A stretch of DNA of 64,000 nt from a virus: positions 28,280 to 92,279 of the IMG/VR virus record IMGVR_UViG_3300009285_004753. One strand, 5' to 3'. Position 1 is the first letter of the stretch, and the number at the start of each line of letters is the position of its first letter. This document shows, piece by piece, positions 8,271 through 18,800 of this stretch. The notes below the pieces were generated by a model that saw nothing but the letters and a program-made list of their open reading frames with translations, made no database searches and was not told where the DNA came from. A program made the position numbers and the translations under genes.

Positions 8271-8526
8271 CTGAGACCCCCATTGTATAGTTAATCGCAG
8301 CATCCACGACTCTCTTGCACTGGTACTTGGAACGAATGTTCGCGCGAAAGAATCGCCAGACTGAAGAGGCCGAGCGCCAGCCCTCGACCACAGCGGCGCG
8401 AATCGTCAGCGGCCCCACATCCAGTACGACGTCGATGTCAGCGTTGGCCGGAAGGTCCGACAACGCCGCCTCACACACCATCCCGCTGTAGCAGACCACA
8501 TCATACATCACCTCTGACTTCTCCAT
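8260..8526 (-). CDS. Hypothetical protein
   Basis: 88 aa from ATG 8526 with AGGT RBS. Confidence 0.55.
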   Translation of the reverse strand: MEKSEVMYDVVCYSGMVCEAALSDLPANADIDVVLDVGPLTIRAAVVEGWRSASSVWRFFRANIRSKYQCKRVVDAAINYTMGVSDEN

Positions 8527-8530
8527 GACC

Positions 8531-8941
8531 TTACCTCCCTGGGATCTTGATCTTGCCGCCGGCAAGCCGCACGAAGTTTTCCGCAGCTACGCGGACTGCC
8601 AGCGACAGGCTCCCGTACAGGTACAGGCTGTCGTTCAAGTACTCCTTCGGAACACGGGCATCGACCACAACAGCAACCGCGTCATCGGGGTCAGTCCCCG
8701 TCCAGACCAGGATCTCGACGTCCGTCATTCGGAGCTTGGAAGCGATATGCTCTAGGTTCTCGGCCCACATGTTCCCACAACGGACATCACCGTCAGCGAA
8801 AGTGAAATAGTTGCCCCACGCAATCGGGCGCTCCCCCGAAACACCGACGGTGGAAACTTCACCGGCGACAGGGCGTACGCGCTTCCGTTCGACAAAACAC
8901 GGGGGAACCGTGATTCCCGCCGCCTTCAAGATCTCATCCAT
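8531..8941 (-). CDS. Hypothetical protein
   Basis: 136 aa from ATG 8941 with GGGGGTG RBS. Confidence 0.6.
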   Translation of the reverse strand: MDEILKAAGITVPPCFVERKRVRPVAGEVSTVGVSGERPIAWGNYFTFADGDVRCGNMWAENLEHIASKLRMTDVEILVWTGTDPDDAVAVVVDARVPKEYLNDSLYLYGSLSLAVRVAAENFVRLAGGKIKIPGR

Positions 8942-8958
8942 AGCACACCCCCACACAC

Positions 8959-8967
8959 ATTATACCA
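8959..8967 (-). promoter_or_regulatory. Extended -10 promoter element TGGTATAAT
   Basis: Perfect TGn-TATAAT in the short intergenic gap after the DnaB-like gene; no -35 seen. Confidence 0.5.
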
Positions 8968-8971
8968 CGGA

Positions 8972-10330
8972 CTACGACACCGAGGCAGGGAGCGCCTGTA
9001 CCGGCAACACTCCCGCAGGCGGAACAATGTACTCAGTCATGTACATGCGGAAGTAATCAACATACATCGGGATCAGTTTGAACTTCCGTCCGCGGCGCAC
9101 CTTATCAACCCACAAGCGCCCCATGCACTTGTCGTACTCCTCGCGCGTCTGATTGATCGATACGACCCCATCAGCGATCTGGACTTTCTTGATCGACTCA
9201 CCGATGCGGTCCATGCGCAACTCTTCATCGCCCTTTGAAGGACGCCAGCGCTGAACCTGCGACCCCGTCCACACCAGGCAATCAAAGTCTCGGGCAAGCT
9301 GCTGCAACTGAGAATAGACGCTCTTCCCCGCCTGATAGGAATTCTCGTTGTTCATCTCCGCCAACTCGTCGGCGTAGTCCACCACGACCAGCGCCGGCGC
9401 TACGCCATCAACGGCCCGCAGTTTAGCCAAGTGCGCCCGCAGCGTTTCGACTGTGGGCCGACCCGACGGGTAGTATTTAACCCGCAAGTAGAAGGGATTG
9501 AGGCCCCACGCTCCGTCGGCGAAGAATGCCCCGAGCGGGCCGTTCGGCTTCACGATCTCAAACGTCGGAATCCCCGTGAAACGGGAACCGAAGCGGAGCA
9601 ACACATCCGACTCCTCTAAATCTCCGATCGTGTAGTACACCACCGGAAACCCCTGCTTTATCGCCGCCGCTGCCATGTTCAGCATCCAGACGGACTTCCC
9701 CCCGCCAGACAGTCCAAGAACGACCCACACCTCACCGCGGCAAGGTCCACCAAACGCGCAATGGTCAAGCGACGGAATGGCGGTCGGTACCCGCCGACGG
9801 CGCTGGTTCTCCGACCGGATGATCTGCGCCAGCGCCGGAAGCTGCTGATGCACGTTTGTCCCGATTCGCGTCACATCAAACCCGGCGAGTGTCGCCTCAG
9901 TCATTATCTTGCGGCAGTCCTCCTCGTCGCCGTTATTCCGCAAGATATCGATGCACTTGTAGATCCCGTCCTTCATCGCCTGCCGTCGGCCGAACTTCAC
10001 GACAGCTTCCTTCACATACTCCGAATCGCGGACCTCGGACTGATACATCGCCCGAATGGACTGCATCAGTGCTTCCGTCTGCTCCGGGGCGTAGGCAGCG
10101 ATCTGTGCGTACTGACGTACCTCTGTCAGCAACGTGGTCTGGTCCGGCATACTCCGCCGCTCGTCGTAATACTTCAGGAGCAGCATCGCAGCTACGGACA
10201 GGTCCGTCGTCTCGAAATATCCGGGTGAAAGTACGTCCCGAAATGACGGCACGAACATCGGGTCACGGAGCATCACCGTGACGATGCGCGCCTGAAAGCC
10301 TATGTCAAAAGTATAGCGGGGAGTTTCCAC
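8972..10330 (-). CDS. Replicative DnaB-like (T4 gp41-type) helicase
   Basis: Walker A GLSGGGKS, VVVDYADEL, SQVQR, IGESIKKVQIADGVVSI, DKVRRG. Confidence 0.92.
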   Translation of the reverse strand: METPRYTFDIGFQARIVTVMLRDPMFVPSFRDVLSPGYFETTDLSVAAMLLLKYYDERRSMPDQTTLLTEVRQYAQIAAYAPEQTEALMQSIRAMYQSEVRDSEYVKEAVVKFGRRQAMKDGIYKCIDILRNNGDEEDCRKIMTEATLAGFDVTRIGTNVHQQLPALAQIIRSENQRRRRVPTAIPSLDHCAFGGPCRGEVWVVLGLSGGGKSVWMLNMAAAAIKQGFPVVYYTIGDLEESDVLLRFGSRFTGIPTFEIVKPNGPLGAFFADGAWGLNPFYLRVKYYPSGRPTVETLRAHLAKLRAVDGVAPALVVVDYADELAEMNNENSYQAGKSVYSQLQQLARDFDCLVWTGSQVQRWRPSKGDEELRMDRIGESIKKVQIADGVVSINQTREEYDKCMGRLWVDKVRRGRKFKLIPMYVDYFRMYMTEYIVPPAGVLPVQALPASVS

Positions 10331-11766
10331 GGATCAGGTTCCTTTATCCAGTCCATCACGGAACAAACGCGGATACGTTCCCGCCGATAAAGCTTCAAAC
10401 GCCGCCGCGAATGGCGCTCGGTCGTCGGGTGCATCGCATCCCAGAAATCGAAGACGAGCAACGTATCTCCGACACCACGACTTCGCATCCCGCGGCCCAT
10501 ACGCTGATAGACCCGCCGCGGTTTCTTCCCCCCGCCGCACAGCATCACACCACCGAAATCGGGAATATCAACTCCCTCGTCCAGAGCGGGCGACGCGATT
10601 ACCACCACCTGATCACGCGACTGCACGTACTCACGCAACCGCTGCAAGTCCCACTCCTCCGGCTTCTCGCCGGGCTTGGTATAGACCTCGCGGTTCCCCG
10701 TCACAAAGATCGTGCCAGGGACATACCGCGAGATCAACTCCAGCAAAGGCAGCCCGTGAGCCTCCACATGCCCGACGAAGATCAGCAACTTGATCCCGCG
10801 GTCAACACACGTCCGGGCGATGTCGGCGGCAATGCCGTTGCGGACCCGGTTGCGCGTAATACACGCTGAGTAAAGCCCGTCCCACGACCGATCTTCGGGA
10901 ATCGGCTCAGACGACGACAGGACACCCGACATGATCACGAACGGCGTCGGCAAAATGCCGCGCTCGACCAGCACATGCAGCGGCACGTAAAGCAGTGGCA
11001 TCCCAATCAGGCCGATCAAAGCGAGATCGCGGGGAGCATACTCGTCAAGGTCTTCAAACAGCGTAGCAGACAGACCGAACCTGTAGGAAGCACCACACCT
11101 CTCCAACACCGCCACGTAACTCGACGCTGGAGAATGGTGAACCTCGTCGGCGATTACAACATCGCATGACTGCAGCAACGACAGTATACTGTCGTCCTGA
11201 TGCCGCAGCCCGTTGTTCAGCGTCTGAATCGTAGCGCACGTGACCGCATGCCCGAACTCCCTTGTGTCCCCCATCACCAGCCCGACATCGTCAATCCCGT
11301 ACTTCCTGTACCTAGCAGCAGCCTGCTCCGTAATGAACAGTGACCCGGAGCAGAACAAAATCTGTTTACCGTACCCGAGCAGGATCTTCGACGCAGCGAC
11401 AGCAGACTCCGTCTTGCCGGAGCCAGTAGGCAGTTCAATCAGCCCACGCCCGCCAGACAGCAGCTTCTGCACAGCGAGACGCTGATAGTCTCGCAGTTCA
11501 ACGCCGGGGAGCAAGCCGGTCAACCAGGCGTCAGAAACCTCAATCGGAACCGCCGTCGATTCTTCTACGACCACGACATCGGGCATCAGCTTGCGCACAA
11601 GTGGGACCAGCCCAGAATACATCTCACCGTCGGGCGATATGAACGCAAAGTCGGGTTCGTTTTCCAGCTTCAGCTTCACCGCCAGGTCTTGAATCTCCCA
11701 GTAGTCGGCATCGACAATTGTCTTGACCGGACCAACTTGGAGCTTCACCGCCCACCCCCACATCAT
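10300..11766 (-). CDS. SF2 helicase, UvsW-like
   Basis: LRDYQ, LPTGSGKT, DEVHH, GLSAT, LDEGVDIP, QRMGRGMR, VFDFWD. Exact start uncertain. Confidence 0.9.
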   Translation of the reverse strand: MMWGWAVKLQVGPVKTIVDADYWEIQDLAVKLKLENEPDFAFISPDGEMYSGLVPLVRKLMPDVVVVEESTAVPIEVSDAWLTGLLPGVELRDYQRLAVQKLLSGGRGLIELPTGSGKTESAVAASKILLGYGKQILFCSGSLFITEQAAARYRKYGIDDVGLVMGDTREFGHAVTCATIQTLNNGLRHQDDSILSLLQSCDVVIADEVHHSPASSYVAVLERCGASYRFGLSATLFEDLDEYAPRDLALIGLIGMPLLYVPLHVLVERGILPTPFVIMSGVLSSSEPIPEDRSWDGLYSACITRNRVRNGIAADIARTCVDRGIKLLIFVGHVEAHGLPLLELISRYVPGTIFVTGNREVYTKPGEKPEEWDLQRLREYVQSRDQVVVIASPALDEGVDIPDFGGVMLCGGGKKPRRVYQRMGRGMRSRGVGDTLLVFDFWDAMHPTTERHSRRRLKLYRRERIRVCSVMDWIKEPDPWKLPAILLT

Positions 11767-11849
11767 GCCTATACCACGAAACACAACTCCGCTTCGCCGT
11801 GACAGCTTAGCGGTGCAAACGCAACGGTATGTCCGCGGACATACGTGTA

Positions 11850-12146
11850 TCACCGCTTCGGGATTGTAGTAGAAACGTGAACAACCCGGTCTGCCGCCCG
11901 GAGGATCGAAGCCGGGACCGGAGCGCCCGCAGACAGCCGCCACTCGACGAACAAAGTCTGCTGCCGGGAATACCGTTCGATCGCCTCGCAGGCATACCGT
12001 TCGTAGTCGCCCTGCTCCGCAGCGCCCTCGTCGTCAGGCGAAATCACGAAAACCAGGGAAGCGGGCGACAAATGCATCCGCCGCTGCATCCCGTCGATGA
12101 ACGCGCTCTTGCCGGCACCCGCCTCTCCTACCACGAGCCAAATCAT
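11850..12146 (-). CDS. Minimal P-loop NTPase-like protein (98 aa)
   Basis: MIWLVVGEAGAGKS Walker A; LFVE Walker-B-like. Confidence 0.6.
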   Translation of the reverse strand: MIWLVVGEAGAGKSAFIDGMQRRMHLSPASLVFVISPDDEGAAEQGDYERYACEAIERYSRQQTLFVEWRLSAGAPVPASILRAADRVVHVSTTIPKR

Positions 12147-12162
12147 TTCGCCCCCCCGAGCA

Positions 12163-12651
12163 TCATGGCCGTCGCCAGTCGAAGATCTCCCACGCCACAC
12201 CATACGGCTGCTCAATCAGCGGTATGAGTACGACAGACACCGTCTGCTGCACCTTGTTTTCCCGCGGACACGCAAACCCGAACTCGCCGCGCTGCATGCC
12301 CGGCCACACCAAACGAAGCTGTTCCCTATCTGCATCCGTCATCATCGCCCGGAGCAGATCGCCATACATGCGGTCTGCCCGCACAAGCCCCGACATGTAA
12401 TCAGCGTAACTGGAGAGGGAAAACACGAGGATGTCTGTCTGCAGCACATGGAAGTTGCCGATCAACCGTCTACGGTAGCAAGGCCCGAGTTCCCGACGAG
12501 CAAGCGACGAAAACCGCCCGCGGACCAGCAAGCAGTCCGCGGGCCAGTGGTCGAACAAGGCAACCAACCCCGCCAGCCGGGAAGACGCGACGGCGACTTC
12601 GCTACGCTGCGTGACCCAAGCAAGCAACTGGTCGCGTAGCGTAGCGTTCAC
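12163..12651 (-). CDS. Hypothetical protein
   Basis: GTG start behind GGGGGTG RBS; 162 aa. Confidence 0.55.
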   Translation of the reverse strand: MNATLRDQLLAWVTQRSEVAVASSRLAGLVALFDHWPADCLLVRGRFSSLARRELGPCYRRRLIGNFHVLQTDILVFSLSSYADYMSGLVRADRMYGDLLRAMMTDADREQLRLVWPGMQRGEFGFACPRENKVQQTVSVVLIPLIEQPYGVAWEIFDWRRP

Positions 12652-12677
12652 GTACAGACACCCCCGTCTGCTAGTAT

Positions 12678-12707
12678 CTATACCACAAACCGGCGTTACA
12701 CCGTCAA
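12678..12707 (-). promoter_or_regulatory. Candidate promoter TTGACG-N16-TGGTATAG at the head of the replication block
   Basis: Same TGGTA(T)A core as at 3631, 8959 and 11769; lies just upstream of an RBS. Confidence 0.4.
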
Positions 12708-12922
12708 CCACCCGCCTGTATGTGCCGCCCCGCTTGAAGTAGCAAATCAGCGAGAACAGGCAGATCTGCGGGCTTCAAGTTGGCCCCACGCCTGAACGAG
12801 CCATTGACTCGCCGGTAGATGACGACGTCCACGAAAGCCCGACCGCCGGCATCCGCGTTCCGATAGACGGCAACCAGGACCGAACCGTACTGAAACCTCG
12901 CCGTCTGACTGACTGCCAGCAT
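12704..12922 (-). CDS. Small protein, PC4-like ssDNA-binding candidate
   Basis: 72 aa; beta strands, then RRGANLKPADLPVLADLL helix as in PC4-like proteins. Confidence 0.45.
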   Translation of the reverse strand: MLAVSQTARFQYGSVLVAVYRNADAGGRAFVDVVIYRRVNGSFRRGANLKPADLPVLADLLLQAGRHIQAGG

Positions 12923-14016
12923 CAGCGGTTGAACGGAGACGGGGGCGTCCGACCGGGAAACAACGGTTTACGCTGCGCACGCGGCTTCTTGGGCAGCAGT
13001 CGCTTTCCAATCTGACGCAAGCCCTTCTTAGCGGCGCGGCGAGCGATACCGACCCACGACCTGTCGCTGTACTGAATACCAAGCAGGTCCGCCATCAACC
13101 GCACCAGCGCAGCACCGCCGGTCTTGCGCTCTATTTCTTCGTACTTGGCAGCAGACACGCGCTCTTGTTTCAGGTAACAATGACAATGCTCCCGACAGAT
13201 CGTGTGCCCCGCCCGCGGGTACGTCGGGAGTGTTGCCTTTGTGTAGGGGCTGTGCTCTTGTATCTTGATACAATCGGGGCATGACTCAATGAATGTCCGC
13301 ACCCAGTGGTAAATCATGTGCTCGACAGCCGCCTCTGGATCTTCCTCCGGTTCTTCCTCGGGTACCTCCTCCGGCTCCGGCTCTTCCTTCGGCTCTTCCG
13401 GGGGTAACTGCGGACCCTTGACCGGCGGCGCTTCCGGCTTCGGCGCTTCCTTCGGTTCTTCCTTGGACACCTTCGGTTCTTCCGGTGGAGGTAACTGCGG
13501 ACCCTTGACCGGCGGCTCGACTTCCTTCTCCGGCTTACCGAACGTGCGGCGTACAACATCGGTCGTCCGGCGCGCGACGTCCTTCACCCAGGACGCCGCC
13601 TTACTACCTGCCCGCTTCAGCGCCGAGCCTACACGCTCAATCGTCTTGCGGAACTCATAAAGCGTCCGCGAGTACCGGATCGCCTCTTCCAGCCATTCCC
13701 GATCCCGCGGCTCTGACAGGTCCAAAGCAACCGCAGTCCGGATAGCATCTTCAAGAAAATCAGCGTCGATGGCTTCATCCAACGGCGCGCCATGCGTCAA
13801 CCCACGGAGATACGCAGCACCAAGCGTATCGGCCGTTCTTTCAGCGAACAAAGCGGAGTCAGTTTCTTCATCCAGCCGAGCCAACGCCCCGACGTGCGCT
13901 TCGATTCGAGCAGACAGTACCGCTTCATCGAGAGATGGACCCGCGACGGAAGAGAAATCCTCAATCCGCTCCAACAGGTAATACAGACCCGGAAACCGCT
14001 GCCTGAACTCAGCCAT
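12922..14016 (-). CDS. MuF-like minor head/portal-associated protein with Pro/Glu linker
   Basis: SCPDCI...PRAGHTICREHCHCYL MuF-type Cys/His signature; adjacent to the portal gene. Confidence 0.65.
   Translation of the reverse strand: MAEFRQRFPGLYYLLERIEDFSSVAGPSLDEAVLSARIEAHVGALARLDEETDSALFAERTADTLGAAYLRGLTHGAPLDEAIDADFLEDAIRTAVALDLSEPRDREWLEEAIRYSRTLYEFRKTIERVGSALKRAGSKAASWVKDVARRTTDVVRRTFGKPEKEVEPPVKGPQLPPPEEPKVSKEEPKEAPKPEAPPVKGPQLPPEEPKEEPEPEEVPEEEPEEDPEAAVEHMIYHWVRTFIESCPDCIKIQEHSPYTKATLPTYPRAGHTICREHCHCYLKQERVSAAKYEEIERKTGGAALVRLMADLLGIQYSDRSWVGIARRAAKKGLRQIGKRLLPKKPRAQRKPLFPGRTPPSPFNR
13403..13516. repeat. 27-bp exact direct repeat (13403-13429 and 13490-13516)
   Basis: ggtaactgcggacccttgaccggcggc twice; encodes PPVKGPQLP. 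Confidence 0.85.
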
Positions 14017-15823
14017 TCAGATCGGATTTCACAGGTACGGCGCCGATTACCGCCCCCTTCGGGGGTAAGCGGTCCAAATGGTCCGAGATCTCGACCGTTG
14101 ATCGACGCAGGCTCTTGCCGCCTCCCTTGAACGACCGCATGAGGCCGTTAAGCAGGTTATCCCGCACGTCATCCCCCTCAACCAACGGAATCTCGTTACG
14201 AAGCGAACGGCGCTGTACCGAAGCTACCTGCGGCTCCGGCAGCGGCGGGGCCTCGGGTTCCGGCTGCGGTAAAGTCGGCGGCTCACCCTCCAACGGTGAC
14301 GTGGCACCGGGAGGCGGACCAAGCGGGACACCGGCACCCAAACCAGGCGGCATGCCTCCGACCGCACCACCAACAGTGCCCGGCTGAATAGGAGCGCAGT
14401 ACCGGTCGATGTCACTATCGGAGAACGACAGAAGCGAGCGCAGAATGTAGGCACGCCACTCTTCCATGTCGAAACCGAGATTCACGCCGAACGCCGTCAT
14501 CCGATCGCCGACATCCAACACGGTCTGCAACACCTCCAGCCGCTGCAAGAGTTCCAGCGGCGACGGCGGTACCATACATATCTTGAAACTCCTGGCAGAC
14601 GTCGGCAGCCCCAACAACGCCAAGTGGATCTGCGCCAGCCGCATCAACCCGGTAATGACAGCCCGCTGCAACCGAATAGCCAAGCGGGCAAACCGGATGG
14701 AACGGAACCCCAGCGCCCGGTTACCGTCGGCCTCTTCCCCGTACCCATACCACGACTTCTTCGCGTTCGCTGAAGCAAACAGTCGGTCCAGCGTCATATC
14801 CACGTCATACGCCGCCCAAATGTCGGGCTTACCCGGCACTACCTCGATCGCCGTCTGCGAGTCCTTCCAGGTCGGCCAGATCAAGTCGTCAGTCAATCCC
14901 AGCGGGTTGTACAACACATCGTATTCACCCGTAGCCGGGTTGCGGTACGACTGCCGCTTCATCTGGTTCTTCCATCGGTTCAGCTTGTTGAAAATCTCCT
15001 GCTCCGCTGAACCCGAACCAACGTCCACCTTGATATTGCGCCGGTCGAGGCTGTTCGTCATACGGTACGCCATCACAGTGTCCAGCGCGCATTTGAACTG
15101 CTTTGCCGGGACTCTGGTAGTCGCTAGGATGCTCTTCCCGTGAACCGCCCGCTCAATGATCGCTGTGCTCCCGGTCCCGGTGAAATACGTCAGATTCGTA
15201 CCCAACAGTCGGTAGTGAATGAAGTCCCACGGCTTGTACGCATCCTTCAAGTCATCCTGCGACCAAGCCTTGCCGCGTTGTGTCCGGTCGTAGTAGTAGC
15301 CGAGCAACGTCCCGTTATCGGATTCTGAGCGCTCCACATAGCCGGGGTCCACTGCCTCAACGGCATCGACCCCTTTACCCGCTGTTGCGTGCACCTTGTG
15401 GTAGAAATCACCCAGTTTCGCCACATCCCGCAGTATGGCGTACACCATCTCTTCCGCTTCAACCCGGAGCAACATGTCTTCCACACAAGACACGACGCCC
15501 TCGTTCGCTGACTCTACCCAGACAGCCCGGCCCCGCTCCATGTCCACCTGCGATGCCTCCTCGGCGTAAGAGTCGAGGATCGCCGACACTTCGGGGTAAG
15601 TGTCAAGCTCCTGGTACAGATCGTACTGAGCAACACGCTGCTGCGGTGTGTTGCCGTACACGGCGCGCATGTACCTGTCGGCGCCAGTTGAAAGCTGCAT
15701 GTCCGGCAGAACGATCGGCTCCTGCGCAGACGGCCTGACCGTCGTTGCCGTAAGCCGCGCCGACCGAGGAAGAAACGCCCTAGCAAGCGCCAGACGCCAC
15801 GCTGGAATCTTGGACTCGTTCAT
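14009..15823 (-). CDS. Portal protein (T4 gp20-like)
   Basis: YQELDTYPEVSAILDSYAEEA, KLGDFY, GKSIL, AYRMTNSLDRRNIKVDVG, DDLIWP, RFARLAIRLQR. Confidence 0.9.
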   Translation of the reverse strand: MNESKIPAWRLALARAFLPRSARLTATTVRPSAQEPIVLPDMQLSTGADRYMRAVYGNTPQQRVAQYDLYQELDTYPEVSAILDSYAEEASQVDMERGRAVWVESANEGVVSCVEDMLLRVEAEEMVYAILRDVAKLGDFYHKVHATAGKGVDAVEAVDPGYVERSESDNGTLLGYYYDRTQRGKAWSQDDLKDAYKPWDFIHYRLLGTNLTYFTGTGSTAIIERAVHGKSILATTRVPAKQFKCALDTVMAYRMTNSLDRRNIKVDVGSGSAEQEIFNKLNRWKNQMKRQSYRNPATGEYDVLYNPLGLTDDLIWPTWKDSQTAIEVVPGKPDIWAAYDVDMTLDRLFASANAKKSWYGYGEEADGNRALGFRSIRFARLAIRLQRAVITGLMRLAQIHLALLGLPTSARSFKICMVPPSPLELLQRLEVLQTVLDVGDRMTAFGVNLGFDMEEWRAYILRSLLSFSDSDIDRYCAPIQPGTVGGAVGGMPPGLGAGVPLGPPPGATSPLEGEPPTLPQPEPEAPPLPEPQVASVQRRSLRNEIPLVEGDDVRDNLLNGLMRSFKGGGKSLRRSTVEISDHLDRLPPKGAVIGAVPVKSDLNG

Positions 15824-18800
15824 GCCCGCACCGTATGCAGCCGGTTGACCGCCCGCACATCCAGCCGACGGTTCGATAGATCAAAGGCCACGCCCCCGGT
15901 AAGACCGAGAGCACGCAGCCCGAATGAATGCACACCAGGAGCGAGGTCGAGAAACACCGGCGGAAACACCAGCCACTGCGGCGCAGTAGCACCGTGCAGG
16001 TTGTGCTGCAACGCGCTGACAGCATGCCGGTGCCCGTCCACGGTCAGTTCCAGCGTCAGTTCTCCATCTGCCGCCGGAGCCGTGAGTGCTGCCCTTACTG
16101 CCGCCACCACCTCGTATGTTCCCGCCTCCGGCACAACGACGGACGTCCACGTATCGAGCACACGCGTCAGCGTAGTGGCGGTAAGCGCCTGTGCCGCTGT
16201 CGAAAACGTTCTGCCGCCGCCTACGGCCGCATGCCCCTGCACCGAACCGTCAGATATAGGGCACCACGTCGTGCCACACCCGGTTACGTCGTTACGATGA
16301 ACGAGTCTATCCGCCAACGGGCGGAATGTGGCACCGGGAGCACGAACATCAATCGCGCTGATTACCGTCGCCACTCCCGCACCGGTCTGCACGATCTTGA
16401 TCGTGTGCCACCCCCAGTTAGAGCGCGCGATAACCGTCTCGAACGCAAACGCGCTTGCCTGCCCGTCGATGTACGTGTCACACGTCCCCTTCGTTCCGCG
16501 GACGACAAAGTCGGTCCCGAAAAACGAGAACGTAACCGTACCCGTAGCGTCCGTCATCTGCAGCGCATGCCCGCCAGGAAGTACTGAAGAACTGATCATC
16601 GAGATGTTCGTGCCCGTCGCTCTGAAGTCGCGATACGGGTAATGCCGGTCCCACCCGCGACCGGGGTCAAGCGCCGTCGCAGCCAGATGCAGCAACTGCT
16701 CACCGGGCCGGTCCATAACACCGGCGATAACCTCGTCGGGCACGGCCGATTGAGCGTCGATCGATCTGACTGTAATGCCGGAAAGCATGAACACAGCATT
16801 GGCGCCGGCGGCGGCAACACTCGGCGAGATCTGAATGACATGGTATCCCATCGGCAAATGCTCACACACGCGCCAAGCACCAGCACCGGTTTCGGCGACC
16901 GAGTGTGACCCGATCGAATGCCCATCAATGTACACAGTAAACTCGAACGTTGCGCTGAACGGAATTGATGTCTCGTAAGGGACGTGCAGATCGAGCCCCG
17001 TACCATACCAACCGAACCGCAGCAACGGGAACGAGAGCACAGGATCATCGTACACCAGCACAACCAATTTCCCGGCAGCGTCCTCGGTCACAGCCGCCTG
17101 CCACCCGACGAAACATGTAGACCCGTCACCTGCCACGTAGAACATGTTGCTTTTGACATTGTTGGGCACGTTATCGACATCGTAAAACACGCCCCCATCC
17201 GCTGCCCCCATTGACAGCGCCGTTACCGGGTAGAACGTCTTGCGCTCGGGCGCCGATGGAACATCCCACAGCGACATCCAGGTCGAGCCGTAGAACCGGA
17301 CAACAGCACCGGCAGAAAGAAATCCGATGTTCTCGTCCGTCGTGATGGTATTCGCAGCGGGGTCGATAGCGATGATGTAGCGCAGAACACGTGAACCCCC
17401 GCTCTCCACCGTGATCATGTCCCCGAACTTGAAGCCCGCAATAACAGGATCGGGATTGACATTACTGATCGTCGGCGAAGCGACTGCCGTGTCTCCCGTC
17501 GCTTGTGTCTTATCCGGAACATCGTAATGATATGCTGTCACCGTGCCCTGCTTGTTGACCGTCCATACCGACGTGCCGCCCTTCCATGTCACCGCAGGTA
17601 ACGCCGCTGAATGCTTGGTGGCTGCGCTCCGCGTGACCTGTTTCCCGTCGATAAACACGTCGCCTTGTCCGACCAGCAGCCCCGAGCTTTGGTAGTCTTG
17701 CACGACCACATCGAAGCCGTACAACAGCACGGTCTCCGATGTATTCGTCCGCAAGATCCGCATCGTATGCACGCCTGTCGCCAACCACGCCGGATCTTCA
17801 TCGCCCACAGATGCCGCCGGGCTCATTACAGCCCGAGTGAACAGGCGGCACCGGAGCGCAGAGTGCGGCTCGACAGCGACATCTGTCGTCAAGTTCGTCT
17901 TCACCAACCGCCCGTCGATCCAGACCTGCCCGGTAACTGTACCGGCAGTAGTTCCTCGAATCAGAGGGACAGCACCGTTCCCGTAGAACGTAAACTCGGC
18001 CCAACACGAAGCCCCGCTGAGCAACTGAACCGTACCATCTGCCGCCGACCAGTCCACACGACCGCCGTAGCGAATGCGCTGATCGCGGGCATCCAACCAG
18101 ATCTGATCACCGCCACGCACATTCGGCGAGGCGTACAAATCCTGCGGCCCGTATTCGTTCACTCGATACGGCTCACTCAGCAGCACACGACTGATTCCTG
18201 TCTGGCAGAACACGTCGGCCAACGGCAGACTACGCGGGTTATTGTCGATGGTGAGCTTGCCGTGCGACGAACTGCTCGGTGCCGACGTGTCCAGCGTAAC
18301 ATTGTAGTCGAACGTAAGCATGTCACCAGCGGTCTTGCCGAGGATACGATGCGCTGTTCCGGCCGTGTCCCAGAACAGGTACTGTGTCGTGACACCGTCC
18401 GCTATCGGGAGATTGACGGCAACCCCGAAAGCCGCCTCCGACCACCGCAGCGTAAACGTCAACGCCGCGAGACCACCAACGGCGAACACCCGGTCTACCT
18501 GAACCTGCGTATCACCCGGTACGGCGATCACACGGTACACGCCGTTGTCACCGGGCGTACCTGCATCATTGACGATCAGTGTCGCCCCAACACGGACCAC
18601 GCCTGTGAAACCGCCGGCGCCCGACGTAAAGATATCTGTCGGCCCGACACCGGTTGCACCATCGTTCCGCGTGATCGGCGTCGGCCGCGTGTGTGTGAAT
18701 GCCGTCAACCCCGTGTTGCTGAAGTGCAGCGGACCAGAAACGACAGCGCCGTGCCACTGTGACAGGACGGGCACCGTCGTCACGTTCGCCGCGCCGTGCA

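Noticed and set aside
10334-10540. 68-aa nested minus-strand ORF
   Set aside because: Lies within the conserved C-terminus of the UvsW-like helicase (DF.D..HS..R..Y); no independent signal.
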